Origin: Curvularia clavata
Taxonomy: Eukaryota
DNA: 64,000 bases
NCBI GenBank assembly: GCA_023920165.1
Contig: CP089274.1
Span: 5,084,001-5,148,000, forward strand
Reading direction: 5' to 3'
Positions 36,587-49,473 of this stretch are shown here, one piece after another. Both the position numbers and the translations under genes were made by a program. The notes under the pieces were generated by a model, which saw only the letters and a program-made list of their open reading frames with translations, was not told the DNA's origin and did not search any database. Each line of letters begins with the position of its first letter. The stretch's first letter is position 1.

Positions 36587-37180
36587 TTAATAAAAGTCAC
36601 CCCAAGCGTACAAATCAGTCGAGAATACATGCCAACATAGGCAGATAAATGACCCCATCCATGTACATTTACCCAATCTCTTCTTGATCCTCATCCTCAT
36701 TGTCATCCTCTGACCCTTCCTTCGACCCTCCCTCGTCCAAATTCTTAGCCAGAATTTTGAGAGCTGGAAACTTTGAATCGAGCGAGAGCAAACATTCCTC
36801 GTCCACGAATACACAAAAATTGTACCGCGGAGGCAAAAGGTGCGCCATGCACTCCAGGATGTTGATAACTAGGCTAGCACCAATCTGCGTGGTCCCACCC
36901 AACTTGTCTGCGTCACAGAGTCATGGGGTTATATTCAGCAACCCACGTACAAAACACGCGCCGCAATGTGTGCGCATTTGTGTCGGAGAGCGTCGGACTA
37001 CGACGAAGCCCCATGGTCCACTGGGCAGGATGACAGGATTGGTGAGACTGTTCAGGATGTGGTGGTATTCCTTTTGAGGTTGCGATGCGAGAGGCGCCGG
37101 CTCCTCATGGAGATTTCTGTACCCTCGTGGGAGGCGCGGGGAGCCATCACATCTCGGCCTTTGGCGAGTGATGTGCATAG
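36587..37180 (-). pseudogene. Frameshifted remnant of a fungal hypothetical gene
   Basis: Protein-like pieces in different frames (PWGFVVVR; PPRYNFCVFVDEECLLSL; acidic tract) with stops and frameshifts. Confidence 0.4.
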
Positions 37181-38079
37181 GTCGGGGTGGGGCGCTCGGG
37201 GCGTTGGCTAGTCCGTCACAGTACAGCTAGCACGAACTACTAATCGATCTAGGATAACTCACCGGTAGGATGCCTCGCTGCGCTAAAATGCTCAGCCTGG
37301 TCTGTTTATAATTCATACACTCACTACCCCGCATCTCACACACTCTGCACTTGCTCAAACAGCACGTATATCTGGCTTCAAGCTCTTGGATCACAGTTAG
37401 CGTTAGCGCAAAAGAATTACCATCGAATCACATATAATTATATGAATTAGTTATCTAGTTTTAGGAGAGAATGTTCTAATTTCTACGAACCCATTTCCAT
37501 AAAGGCAGATATCATTTTCCATTTACAGGCAGTGCTGCGCCGTCCATGCCGTCAAAACCAAAACCCTCAAGTCCAGAGAACGATAATAAGCCCCCAGCGA
37601 CGACTGCGGCAGCGAAGAAGAAGCCTCGAAAGCTGGCGCCTAAGAACGACGATGCCACATCCAATACCAACTAAACGACTGCACCGAAGAAAGTGCCCAG
37701 AAAGCTTGAACCGCGGAAGCCTGATGCGGCTGCTCAACATTTCATCTCACGAACTTGCATTATTTTAGTGTAGCGATTGTTTGTGCGTTTAGACGTCATG
37801 CCTGGGGTTATAAGGCACGTTGTGGGGTGAAGATGCTACGCCACATGATGAGCCTCGGGGCTAACTATATGTAAGACGTTGGGAATCCTACGCAATCATG
37901 CTGCGCCACGCAATAAGCCTCGTTTCTAACCACAGACATGCTATTGAAAATCCTACACAATTATGCTGCGCCATATCTACATATATAACAAAAGGATAAA
38001 TCTCGTCATGCATAATGTTTCTCGCGCGACACTACGATATAGTGAGTGAGTGCGTGCTGTTGCCCAAGCAAAACCCGCC

Positions 38080-39151
38080 ATGCCTCGCCTCAAGAAAGTT
38101 GTTGATAAACCTGCTCCTCCTGGGCCAAAGTGGTCTGAAGTGCGTAATCTCTTTTCTTCTTCTCCTTTCAACAACAAGAATCAGACTTGAAGCTTACGCA
38201 TTCGATATAATTTAATAGTGGATCGTCCCGCCCGCTGTTCATGAGAAAACATGGAAATCTTGGACTATACGCGCAGCAGAAGCAGCAGCACGAACTACAC
38301 CCACCACCACCACCAGCTTCTCCACCCTCCCTCTCGAGCTGCGCAATAAAGTATACTTTTACGCAATCGACAAGGTACCGTGTCTTACCCTTGTCGGGAG
38401 CACGACAGCGTCAGAAGACGAGACGAGCCACAGCGCCAATGACGAATTACCCGTTGACCCAGGTCTAACCACCTGGCTATCTTCCCTTGCCACGCATCTT
38501 CCTAACCATTTAAATCTCAACAAGCAATACCGCGCCGAAGCACTAGCAGAACTGCACCACAGCGCACTCCTGCTCGTCACGCACCTGCGCGTCCCTCGTG
38601 CAGTGGATTTTCTCCGGCTCTTGCCTAACGCGAGAGGGAATAGGAATGGCAATGTGTGTGCAAGTAGAAACGCGAGTGCGAGTGCGACGATGTTACGTAT
38701 CGTCGATGTAACGCTTACAACACCCTTATCTTCATCTGCCTCTTCCCCTCTCTATACCTCTAGTCCAACACCTTGTCCCACGAATCAAACCTACATCCAC
38801 GCTCTATCTACCCTATCCCCTTCCCTCAAATCCCTTACCCTCCCCCTCTCCCCAGCCATCATGCGCGATCAAAGCCTCTACGAACCACTCCTCACGCCCC
38901 TCGTGGGTGCTAACAGGGCATTGACGAGTCTGCGCATCGAAGCGCTGGGCACGCATTTGGAGGACGCGCAGCGTGTGGAGAGGTGGGTTTTGGGGGAGGG
39001 AAGGAAGAAGAGGGGAGAGAGGGGAGGAGGAGGGAAAGATTTACGCGTTGTGATTGATTTGGCGCCAGGGAATGATGCGACTTGGTATGAGGATAGTGAA
39101 GTGTGGACCGGGGGAGTGAGATGGGTGCATAGTAGTGATTTTTTTGGGTGA
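38080..39151 (+). CDS. Hypothetical protein with an F-box-like motif
   Basis: MPRLKKVVDKPAPPGPKWSE, intron 38140-38218, then an open frame containing SFSTLPLELRNKVYFY and LNLNKQYRAEA that continues into the 182-aa ORF. Confidence 0.65.
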
Positions 39152-39358
39152 ATTGGAATTTCCAAAGGGTGGGATTCATAGGAGGACAATTTGTCGTTTG
39201 TGGGGAAGGGGTTGGGACGGGGGTGTATTAGGGACGGAATGATGAATTGTCGTGGTTGCGTGTAGTGGAGTGGGAGGACCTTTTACGAAGCGAATTTGTT
39301 TGTCTCCTACTCTAGTTCAAGACTTTTCTTTTTTATTCCTCATGTACTCTTTGTTTTC

Positions 39359-41978
39359 TTACCGCCTAGATCCATTTTTACGGCGCGTCTCTAACATTGC
39401 CGTTATCATTGCCATATGTACTGGCAAGGGTGAGGTACTAAACATATAGGACCGGCTGCTATATCGGAGTTCCTCAACTATTGCCCGATCGCCAGTAAGG
39501 TAGCCACCACTAGGACCACCAAGGCTACGATACGAGCCTGACAGAAGAACTCGAACTCCAAGGCTTCTTGTAGACTCGACCAAGGTCTGGATCATCTTCC
39601 GACTTCTGTTTGGAATGGATTCGGTGAAGGCAGACTCTCCACTGGTATCAATAATCAGCGTTATATGCTGCGGACAGATAGTCTGCGCACGCGCAAGTTC
39701 TATTATGGTTCCTTCTAAGCCTATTGTAGGGTCGTCGCCATGCCGCAGGGCAGTGACATATGCAGTGATGTAAGTCCTCTTGCCCGCAATCTTGATCATC
39801 TGAACCAAGCCTTGTTCATCATTATAACGCTGGACAGTAGTGCCAGAATTCCGGGGCGCAATACGAAGCCCGGATTCCACTGCCAAACTGGCATCTATAG
39901 GAACGAGAAAATTGTGTCTTTTGTGACCCCAAATTGGTCGGCACAGTGCCGCGATCGTAGACATCAAGCCTAAACCCGCATCGGCGTAGGTAATTGTAGC
40001 AGGCTGACGGAAGTATTCTGATGTTACGCGTTCTGCATCGAGATGAGGGGTGAATGTGCCCAGAATGAATCGGGATGAGCCAGCTCCAAGGCCATGCTTA
40101 GCCAAGGCATGGTACCCTGCCTGGAGAACACACTGATAGTGGGCTGTCTTGAGTCTTCGACGCGTTGATGTTTTCGCGATTTGCTCATTCATAAGAGCAC
40201 TCAGCTCTCGCAGTGCCCTTTCTGTTTCCAGTTGTTCCCCTAAAGTCGCCGATTTCGCGGAATTGAAGGAACGACGTGACCATCGAGATGCCTTCAGAAC
40301 TCCAATCTTCTTACTAGCGTCAATCACAGCGTTGACGAGGGTGTCAACATCTTTGTCGGTGAAACTTGGGGATAGGCCTATCCGCACACGACTCTCCCAT
40401 AGCTCCACGGCTGGCTGACTGATGGGCGGGCATACGAGCCCAAGGGTTCGGAGCAGGTATGAAAGCTCGGAGGCTTGGGTCGGGGAGCCAGCGTACACGG
40501 GAAGCATAGGCGTGGCGTCCTCTCCATACACAAACACACCTTGCCTTCTAAGCTCCTCGTGGCAGAATTTGGAAATACTTTGGAGTCTAACAAGGCCACG
40601 TGCCAGGTGCAGTGGCCGGCTCAAGGCCCAAAGGGCCTGCAGAACCGCTGCTGTCGGAATCGGGTCACACATGAAGGCAAGCTGAGTGTTCTGATGGCAA
40701 AGAGAAGATTCGAATCTAGAGGAAGCGCAGACAAAGCCGCCGATGGCACCTACTGCCTTTGACAAGGTCGCACTCCGAATATCGATAAGGTCCGCTGGAA
40801 GCCTTTTGGTGGGATGATGGTCGTTTCAGGCTTCTAGACAGCCCCTACCTGTCCTCCCAATGGAGAGGAACGAGTGCGCTTCGTCGCAGTACAGTACAAA
40901 GCCGTACCGCTGCTTTAGTTCGTGAAGCCGTGCGAGAGGTGGTAGAGTCCCATCCATGCTGCTATACATCAGAAACTGTGGAACCGCTTCAAGATTTATT
41001 GCGCTGAGCTGACTGACCTATACATGCCCTCTACAGCCACCATGATATGTGAAAATGTCTCCGAGACGGATATGAGAATAGCCTCCAGTTCATTCATGTC
41101 ATTATGCCTGAAGCGTTTCCGAGCACCGGCCTCCGACTGGAAGGCTCCAGAGAACATGGAATTGTGGCACTTTTCGTCCATTATAATCATCCAATCCTTG
41201 CTTGCAATCGCAGGGAACCCGAGAATATTTGACCCGAAGCCTGTGCTCGTCAAAAAGCAGCAATCGCTTTGGAAGAAAGCAGCCAAACGTCTTGCTAGCT
41301 CATCAGAAAGCTCTTGAACTTCTGAACCGGAATGTGGCAACTCTCTCAAGGCTTTCTGCTGCAGTTTCTCATACTCTGACGGCAGTTCGTACAGACCTGC
41401 GTAATTGAAACTCCCTCCATCTGTGTATTGAGAGATCCATCGTCAGCCAGTCCACTTTATAGGTAAAGTGTGATGCATATCCACTCACTAACGCATGTAT
41501 CAAGGTCTCCGAAACAATTTTGCAGAACAACCTGGTTCAGTCCAGACGTCGTCACCACACGTTGGTTGAGCCCAAACCAATGATAGTATGGCTCAAAAAC
41601 ATAGCAACTGAAGTGAGCTCTCGGGGAGATATAATCGAGCGGACTGAAACCGTTCTGCCAGCGCACCCATATCTCCGAAAAAGCCCATCGTAAGTATTCG
41701 TATAGTTTTGCCCAAGCAGGGATGGGGTATGGCCGTGATAAGCTCCGGGAATGTACTGCATAGCTGATGGCTCTCGTCTCTGGCGTTATCGATATTTCTT
41801 CGTGATGGGTTTGCCCAGAGCTCGTGCAAAGCGTTTTTGGATAACGAAAGGTCGCGAGTGGTGGCTTCATAGTCTGTTCGTATAAGCTCGATAGGATAAT
41901 TGATCCAAGGGATAATAGCCAAGTCACTAATTTGACAATCATTGCCATGACAGTAATGAACAAAACTTGAACGTTCAA
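39359..41978 (-). pseudogene. Two-domain PLP alpha-oxoamine synthase (serine-palmitoyltransferase-like, FUM8/ALT4-type) with a nonsense codon
   Basis: NGGSFNYAG, STGFGSN, DEKCHNSM, FRHND, VEGMYSMDG, YCDEAHSFLSIG and ATLSKAVG (PLP Lys), followed by a second degenerate LCB1-like half (GLGAGSSR, YMFSTS). In-frame TGA at 40826-40828 (CLEA*NDHHP); start uncertain. Confidence 0.8.
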
Positions 41979-42789
41979 GAGTAGAAAGATTCAATATTGG
42001 GAAAGCTCATTGCTGAAGGCAGATCTTTGTATCGCCCTGGAATAGATTCGCGTACTCTTTTTGCCATGCCCCTTGATAGTGCTGCTCATTGCAATGAGCA
42101 TTGTCCCCACTGTGTTGTACAACTGTCGCTTCCATATTCCACTTTTCCCGTAATTCATTATTGTATTGCTATCCTCGAGTTCACCTTTCTCGGAATAATC
42201 GCGCAAACGGGCATACCGCGGCGAATTCACTGCCTTTCAGTCAACCAAATAAACAAGAGTTGAAAATACCGCAGGTGGGTATTGGACTCGGCGGTATTCC
42301 TTTTTCTATCAAAATTTTTGCTGTCTATCGAAGCTGGACAGAAATTTCCTCATACTGGCTTAGTGAAAGCATGGCATATGACCATTGTAGCTGCAGCACT
42401 GGTGCGCCATTTAGTTAGGAAAAAACGCCTCACGTGGGGCAACCTATGAAATTCTTGCTATGTTTACATGGACTACTCATACCAATCAAGTATGGCAATT
42501 CACAGAAATATGGAATTGGTGTATACCTGAGCCATGCAAGGCGCGTCATAGATCTTTGCTGTGAGACATTTTTAGTGTCAGTAGCACCGTACACAAGAAG
42601 GTATTCCGCAGGTGTATTCTAGCAGATAAAGGATATCAGCTCGGGGCTTCGCCATTTGGTTAACGGTACCCGGCTTTGCTGCAGTTTCCATATGCCAAGT
42701 GTCTGCAAACTGAGAACGACTGCGTTTTTGACGATTATTGACAAAAGACTACTCAGATTGTTAGAACAGCCGTCGTTTGTCAGTATAAA

Positions 42790-44506
42790 ATGCTACAGGA
42801 GACTTTATGGCAAGCGAGTTGGCTGGAAATGATCGTGATCACGGTCGGCATACTGTTGGTATGCTTGATTCTACGAAAATGTCAGATCGAGAGTAAGCTC
42901 AACAAACTTGGTACACGAGCACCACAAATCCGTTCGTCCTGGCCTCTTAGTGAGTTCTTGGAATAAGACAGAAGTGCGCATTTGTATTAATTTGGCCCTT
43001 GGTCACAGGCATCGACTTTATTTACCGTTACGCAGTTGCAAGTGCTGAGAACCGGGAGGTGGCTTTCTTCGCCTCTTGTCTTGATTCTAAAAATCATAAG
43101 CGGCATATGCCATCAAGAATGCCATCACAGGGCACCAAATCCCAAGATCTGCTGCACCCATGTTTAACGGCCGAGCTGGCGAGCGGAATATCCGGGCGAA
43201 TGGTTCTCACGGCAGATCCGGAAAACATAAAGGCCCTTCTGAGCGACATCGATGCGTATGGCAAAGGCAAAAAATTCCAAAGCATCTGGTGGGATTTCAT
43301 CGGCAATAGTATATTCGCGATTGATGGCGAGCTCTGGGAGCGAACGAGAGCGAAGATGAAGCCCATCTTTTACAAGGAAACAGTCATCGATATAAGCATC
43401 TTTGAACACCACATTACTCATCTAATCAAACTGCTAAGTGAAAGCCATGGGAGCTCAGACCTTCACAGCTTATTCTTGAGGTATACGTTGGACGTGGCCA
43501 CGGACTTTCTTTTCGGACAAGGGACAGATTCCCTCATTCACCCCGAGTCCAGAGTCGCGGAGGCATTCAGAAATGTACTTCAGATGCAGAGCGATCTTGA
43601 TAATTTGGAGTAAGATGCCGTCTTGTCGTGCTTTGTTATTATGCTTAGCTAAGAACATACAGCGATTTCTCGTGGCTTATGCCGCGCACTAAGTTCCGGC
43701 AAGAAATTAAAGTTTTAGACGCATTCGTCTATCCATATGTTCACCAGTCCTTGGCGGTATCGCGACAAGAGTTAGAGGCCAAGATTGCAGCTCGTGATAA
43801 TCTTCTTAACTCTCTGACTCTCCACACACGGGATGCGAAATTCCTCCGTGATCAAATGATCACTATCCTTCTTGCAGGTCGTGATACAACAGCTGCGACC
43901 ATGTCGTTCCTGTTTTTAGAACTGAGTCGCAATCCCACCGTCCTCGAAATCCTTCGCATGGAAGTTTCAGATCGGCTAGGCGTGGGTAACACAGCGATGA
44001 TGCCCACGGCCAAAGATCTCAAAGCCATGAAATTCCTCAACGCCGTGGTCAACGAGACCTTGCGTCTCTATCCCCCGGTCCCCCTCAACTTCCGTTCCGC
44101 ACTCAAGGACGTTCTGCTCCCCACAGGGGGAGGTTGTGATGGCCTGCAGCCTGTGGCAGTCCTTAAAGACACGAAGATCATCTATTCTATCGGCTGCTTA
44201 CAGAAGAACGAGGATCTTTATCCTCTGGGTTCAGAACCACTCAAATGGAAGCCAGAGCGCTGGGTCGATGGGAGCTGGACGCCTGATTTATGGCACTTTT
44301 TACCTTTTCATCATGGGAAAAGGGCATGTCCAGGCCAGAAGATGGCCCAAGTAGAAATTGCATATACGACGGTACGGATTCTACAGTCATTCAAGGGACT
44401 GAGAATTCTGGGATGGGATGCTGTGGGAAGGAAGGAACGCGATATAAAGTGTAAAGTTGCAGTTACAATGACCCCTGCAGAGGAGTTAAAGTGTGAATTT
44501 TTCTAA
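42790..44506 (+). CDS. Cytochrome P450, CYP52-clan-like (alkane/fatty-acid hydroxylase type)
   Basis: N-terminal TM anchor; TADPENIKA, IFAIDGELW, LLAGRDTTA, ETLRLYPPVP, PERW and heme motif FHHGKRACPGQ; two introns splice in frame. Confidence 0.9.
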
Positions 44507-44779
44507 TAAGAGCTATTATGAATCAAATGGAAGGCTCGGCATGAAAAGTCGCTAGATCGGTATCAACAAGATGGAACTCACACCAATCAAGGACATTCGG
44601 TTCCCGGAGGGCAGGCTCCTGGTGGCTACAATGTGGTGCGGTTTCGAGAAGCATTTGAGATTTGCAACGGAAATGATTGCATGATAGTGTGCCAAACAAA
44701 AGGATGTTCAAGTCATCATAGGAACTGAGTTCTGCACGGTAGCCTAATGAGCTCTACCTTGCAGACCCGCGCACTGGAT

Positions 44780-45305
44780 TCATAGAACGACCGTCTGCTA
44801 AAATAGATCTCGGCAACGAGGTTGACATCAAGATATTCGAGAAAAGGTTTTGGCTGCTGTGGAACACGCTCTGGAAAGCTTCTTGGACCAGCAACAGTGT
44901 CATGGGTGGGGCGATGAGCAACATAACTGGAATCGGCATTCATGCAGGGCAAAGAGGACAACCTTACAACGTTACCACACTGAACCACACTACCTCACAC
45001 GAAGTCTTCCCATTGCCACCAGTCTACGCCATCAACCGCGCATGGCTCGCTCTCTACTTGATTTCGATATTTGTCATGTTACTTGTGGCTGTCTTCGCCC
45101 TCGTTATGCGCGCGCTCTGTCGTGCGCCAGTCCTGCTAGGCTTTGTGACTTGGCGACGAAAGGGTCCGTCGCGAAGTGTAGCTCTATACATAAAGCATAC
45201 CAACAACCTCGCTCAATTCAAGCAAAACACAAAGCAATATCATTCTTCCTCAAGCAACTGGAGCTAGCCAGAAGTCTCAATGAAAAAGTTCGCGTCGGCC
45301 TGAGA
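44780..45305 (+). pseudogene. 3' fragment of a membrane-protein gene
   Basis: VYAINRAWLALYLISIFVMLLVAVFALVMRALCRAPVLLGFV (TM helix) with frameshifts and no 5' part; ends beside LTR-like DNA. Confidence 0.4.
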
Positions 45306-45325
45306 TAGTGTGATACAGGCGACAC

Positions 45326-45930
45326 TGTGACCCGCCGTATGAGCAAGCCCAGGGACGGCGAGACGGGTTGCAAAAATAAGTATAATCGGAAATTCTCGCG
45401 TACGAGAGTTTCAGAGATTAAACTGAAAAGAACAGATACTACACTTGATCTAAGCCAAAAGGCAAAGAGAGCTAAGGAGCAAAACAGGGGACGGGGGGAG
45501 CGAGGGTTTATATACCTGCCAGGCAGGCGCTAAGCTAGCGCTACACGTGACCTTTGCCAGTGGCCTATGCGTAGGGCAAACGGACGGGTGGGCTGCTGCC
45601 TGCTCGAAAAGGTGGACTAAAGTGGAGCCGCAGGCCGACCGCCTACGGCAAACGGTGGTGGAGCACTGCAGAAACTAGTCGAAGCATCCTTGTGCTGGTA
45701 TGCGTATGGAATAATGTTATGCAAGCCGAATTGGGCAGAGTGAAGTAGCGGAATTGGCCGTCAGATAAGCACACGTGACTCTTGCCAGTAAGTGAAGGAC
45801 TGGTTGGCAAGAGCTGTGCTCCTTTATCCTGGTTTAGGTGATACATCCCCCATTTCTCTCAGTCAGACGTGCTTTGGAGGGAATGCAGAGCGCCAAATCA
45901 TGAGGCGTGACTCTTGCGCTGACCACAAAC
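45326..45930 (-). mobile_element. Possible solo LTR
   Basis: The minus strand has TATATAAA, then a pyrimidine-rich tract, ending GGGTCACA at 45326. Internal subrepeat CACGTGACYYTTGCCAGT occurs twice; the other end and a TSD were not resolved. Confidence 0.4.
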
Positions 45931-46242
45931 ACTGGCCCTGAGGCAATATATAGTTCATCATTAACTACCTCAAAAGCATGACTGATTGAAACGCTCTGGG
46001 CGTTCAGGTAGAGCATTTTATAGCGGGAGTAAATCGGTCCGCAGTACTACACGAAATCTGTGCCTAGAAGCGCCATCGCAAGTTGGTCAAGTTATAGCCA
46101 TGACCGAATTGCTCCTATCGGCTCTCCGCGCCAACACCTGAAAACACATTGCATGAACTCGATGTACTAATTTGTGCCATAAAATTGTGTTTGATTTGAG
46201 ATACGCGCACTAGTATTACTCAACTCCAGCAAGACTGACCTT

Positions 46243-47200
46243 TTACCAGGGTGCGTCAGTGCCGTCATACACATTCGGGCCCTTTGCGTGCTCCCAGCCC
46301 TTGACAAACACCTTGGGCATCTTGCCATTATACTCTTGACCCTCCTTGAATATGATATCAAGAGAAGCCCTCGCACCCTCCTCTGGAGTCAAGTCGGCCA
46401 TGTCGCCCCCGCCAAGGTCAGTCTTGAGCCACTGTGCAAAAAGCAAAGGTCAGCTCGTTCCCAAAGATCAACAAAAGATGCGAAACTTACTCCAGGGCAG
46501 AGAGCAATGAAGCTGAAGCCTTCCTTTTCGTATTCCAGAGCCCACTGAACTGTCAGTGCGTTGAGAGTAGCTTTGGATATTTTGTAGGCGGGAGCTGGGA
46601 AACCGGCAACACTGGCAGCCAGGGCGATGGAGCCCAGAGTGGTGGTCCTTGGGACCAATTAGTAAAAACAAGAAATACCCTGGTAAGGTAGGAATCTGCT
46701 CTTACATGTTGGCGACTTTTTTGAGGCCTCCTTTTTGCAGCAAAGGAAGGAAAGCCTTTGTGGTCCAATGAACACCCATAACATTGACTGTGAAGCTTTC
46801 CTCGAGATTGTCCCTGTGACAGCAGCGTTATCTTCAGAAATCTTCATTCATTCTTTTGGCCGTGCTTATGTGGTGAAAAAGAAGAGACATACATTGTTGA
46901 GATCCCGCCGGAAGCATACTGGCAGATACCCGCATTGTTGATCAAGACATCGAGGCCATGGTTGCCCAGGATCGACTCCGTCTCCATCACAGCCTGCTTG
47001 ATGGATTCTTGGTCTGTGACATCGAGCTTGACAACGGAGACACGGCCGGATGACGAAGATGCAATCTCGTTCAGAGCAGGTGCTTCTCCACGCACAGCAG
47101 CAATGATTTTGCTAACCTCCGAGGTTGGACGAGTAACAAGTTCTTTGACAAATGCAAGTCCGAGTCCGCGAGAGGCGCCGGTAATGAGAACAGATGCCAT
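46243..47200 (-). CDS. Short-chain dehydrogenase, C-factor (CsgA)-like
   Basis: VLITGASRGLG, LDVLINNAG, AYKISK, LCPG|WLKTDLGG and GTDAPW; about three introns. Confidence 0.88.
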
Positions 47201-47867
47201 CACTGTATGTTCAAGTGTCAAAATTCAATTTTATTTAATAGTGATTGTATTGCATGAGAGAACTATGACTTGACTGTGAATGGTAGATGCACGTAGTACC
47301 CGCCGAGGTACTTATACATGTTGGACTGAGGAATGGTTGTTTCTAGATTAATAAGATCAAGAATCAATAGCACCCAGGAGGTTTGTGAGACGCATCAACT
47401 GCTTCGGACTATAGGCACAAATTCCGATGAGCGGCGTTAAGATTTATAATCACGCGATGGTAATAGAACAAGAATGCGCTATTATCACACGGTCAAGTTT
47501 GGGTTGCTGGTTAGGCGCCCTGCCCCCGTGACTCGCCAGCGAAAGAGCTGACTACTGCCAACAAGCGATCTTGTTGGCTCAATCATGTATACTCACTACA
47601 TTGACCTGGTCGTAGGGCTAGAGCTAGCTCTCCCAGGGCGCAGATATTTTCGCTGTTAGTTTTGAGCCTAGATCGCAGGGCTTTACAAGTTCTGATAGGA
47701 GAGGTGTGGCTAGTGAGAATGTCTGATTCAATGTAATACAATATCTGGGTTGCCCCTGCGGCTCTTTTGTCTGGTCAACATCACGTATTTAAATGGTCCT
47801 CTCAGTGCAGCACTCCGGAAGACACCTTTCTTGACGCCGCTTCCCCAAGTACTCTTCTCACACGCAA

Positions 47868-48902
47868 TTAATCTTTCTTGTTCTCCCCCCTTTCAGGATA
47901 GTAACCCCCTGCAAACTCCAAGCTCGCGCCCTCCCACGTCTCCGTCTTTACCTCCTTCCACGCACTCCACGGCCACCACCCCTGCCTCTCCGATATTCGC
48001 ACCTCGATTGTCGCCAGAAAGCTCTCTCTGCAAAAATTTGGCCGATGGCCGTCTGGAAACGGGCTCGCGAGACCAAACCATCCCGGCTCCTTTGGCGCAT
48101 GCGCCTTCAGCTCCAGCTTATGCGTATAATTACTTACGGATAACGAAAACTTACGCGCATCCCAATCGTTTGTGACGCTCATAAAAGGCGAAAAGAGATT
48201 CAGATACGATATAGAAAATGGTGGGACAAAGTCGAGGTTGAGCGAGGGAGAGCGGTACCCTAGTAGGAAAGCGGTGTTGTAGAGGATCTTGCCACCGGCG
48301 AGACACACGCCGCGTTTCTCGTCGTTGTCCCATGCTTGAACCCACATGTGTGCGTCGGGGAAACTATTGGCCCAGTTCTTTTCCTGGTGAATTGTTGCGC
48401 GGCTCTTTCTATCTGCAGCTGGAAAACTGTCGCCGAGAGCCGGTATGTCGAGTTCGAAAGAAGCTGGCGAGCAGAGTGAATGCACGTGCCAGTGGAGTGG
48501 AAACGGGAGGTGAATCATCCAGCCTTCGGGTGTGCTCTTGTCTGCTCGCCATGCCATGTAGTCGTCACACTGTGCTTCTAGGCGCCAGCTTCCGTCGTCG
48601 GCTGCGAGTTTGTAGCTTGTGCGTCCGTCCGCGGAGGTCTTCATCACGCCTAGACCCGGGACTTGCAGCTCGAATGCCTTGCTCTTTTCGTCGGTGATGA
48701 CGCGCTTGATTTCCTTGACAAAGTGCTCGCGCTGGAATATCGGGTGCCCGGTTGACGGGTAGTAGGTAAAAGAAACCATATGTGGTCGTGAGGGCGCATC
48801 GGGTACAGAACAGATAATCAAGGCGATGTGAGAGCCAGATGCAAGGTCGAACTTGGAGTAGTAGCCCTCGAATTGTGAGGGATGAGGAGCGTAATGCTCC
48901 AT
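47868..48902 (-). CDS. Tocopherol cyclase-like protein
   Basis: Intronless 344 aa; FEGYY near the N-terminus, WHVHSL and HQEKNWANSFPDAHMWVQ (EKNWGxxFP-like motif), and LEFAGGY. Confidence 0.7.
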   Translation of the reverse strand: MEHYAPHPSQFEGYYSKFDLASGSHIALIICSVPDAPSRPHMVSFTYYPSTGHPIFQREHFVKEIKRVITDEKSKAFELQVPGLGVMKTSADGRTSYKLAADDGSWRLEAQCDDYMAWRADKSTPEGWMIHLPFPLHWHVHSLCSPASFELDIPALGDSFPAADRKSRATIHQEKNWANSFPDAHMWVQAWDNDEKRGVCLAGGKILYNTAFLLGYRSPSLNLDFVPPFSISYLNLFSPFMSVTNDWDARKFSLSVSNYTHKLELKAHAPKEPGWFGLASPFPDGHRPNFCRESFLATIEVRISERQGWWPWSAWKEVKTETWEGASLEFAGGYYPERGENKKD

Positions 48903-49473
48903 GATTATTCCTTTCTTCTTTTTCCGGCGTCGGCTGGGATAACGTGGAGGGTTTTGTGGTGTTGCGACTGAAGTGCTACACTGTTGGGGTAGACATCATG
49001 CGCTTGTGGAACTCATGACGTAGTTGGAAAGGTCGCGCTTCGCGTTGCCTACGTAGAGCAGCAAGGCTACTACAACTCACTATATTTCGTGCCTTTTCAA
49101 TGTATAATCCCTACTGGCACAGAACGTGCTTTGTAGTTGTCAAAAATTTGCGATGCCGTTTTCGTCATCCGTGTAACTACACGCGGCGCATATCCCTTCA
49201 TTCAGGTTAACCCTGTCCCTGGTTTCCCACAGCACGCGTCCTCTTTCCTTCACCTATTACTTATTCCCGAGTAACTATATCCCAATGGACCAGCACCGGC
49301 ATACACATGCCATTAATGGAATATTGACCGATTTATGAAAGCTGTAGTGTTCGCATAATCCAACTTTCCCTCCTGGGTGAACAGGGCAAGTCGACGTATG
49401 GCTAACCGTCTAGGTATTCGAGAGCGTTCATACTGGAAGTGGGGTTCTCACTCTTCTAAGCGTAGATATGGAA

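Noticed and set aside
37546..37770. Lys/Pro-rich mini-ORF with a repeated KKxPRKLxP motif; 25-bp direct repeat at about 37884 and 37949
   Set aside because: Too short, interrupted by a stop, and without supporting structure.
30640..40828. Two TGG>TGA nonsense codons interpreted as RIP leakage or as stop-correcting A-to-I editing sites
   Set aside because: Canonical RIP would give TAG from TGG, and known fungal stop-correcting editing mainly targets UAG in Sordariomycetes; there is no evidence for either here.
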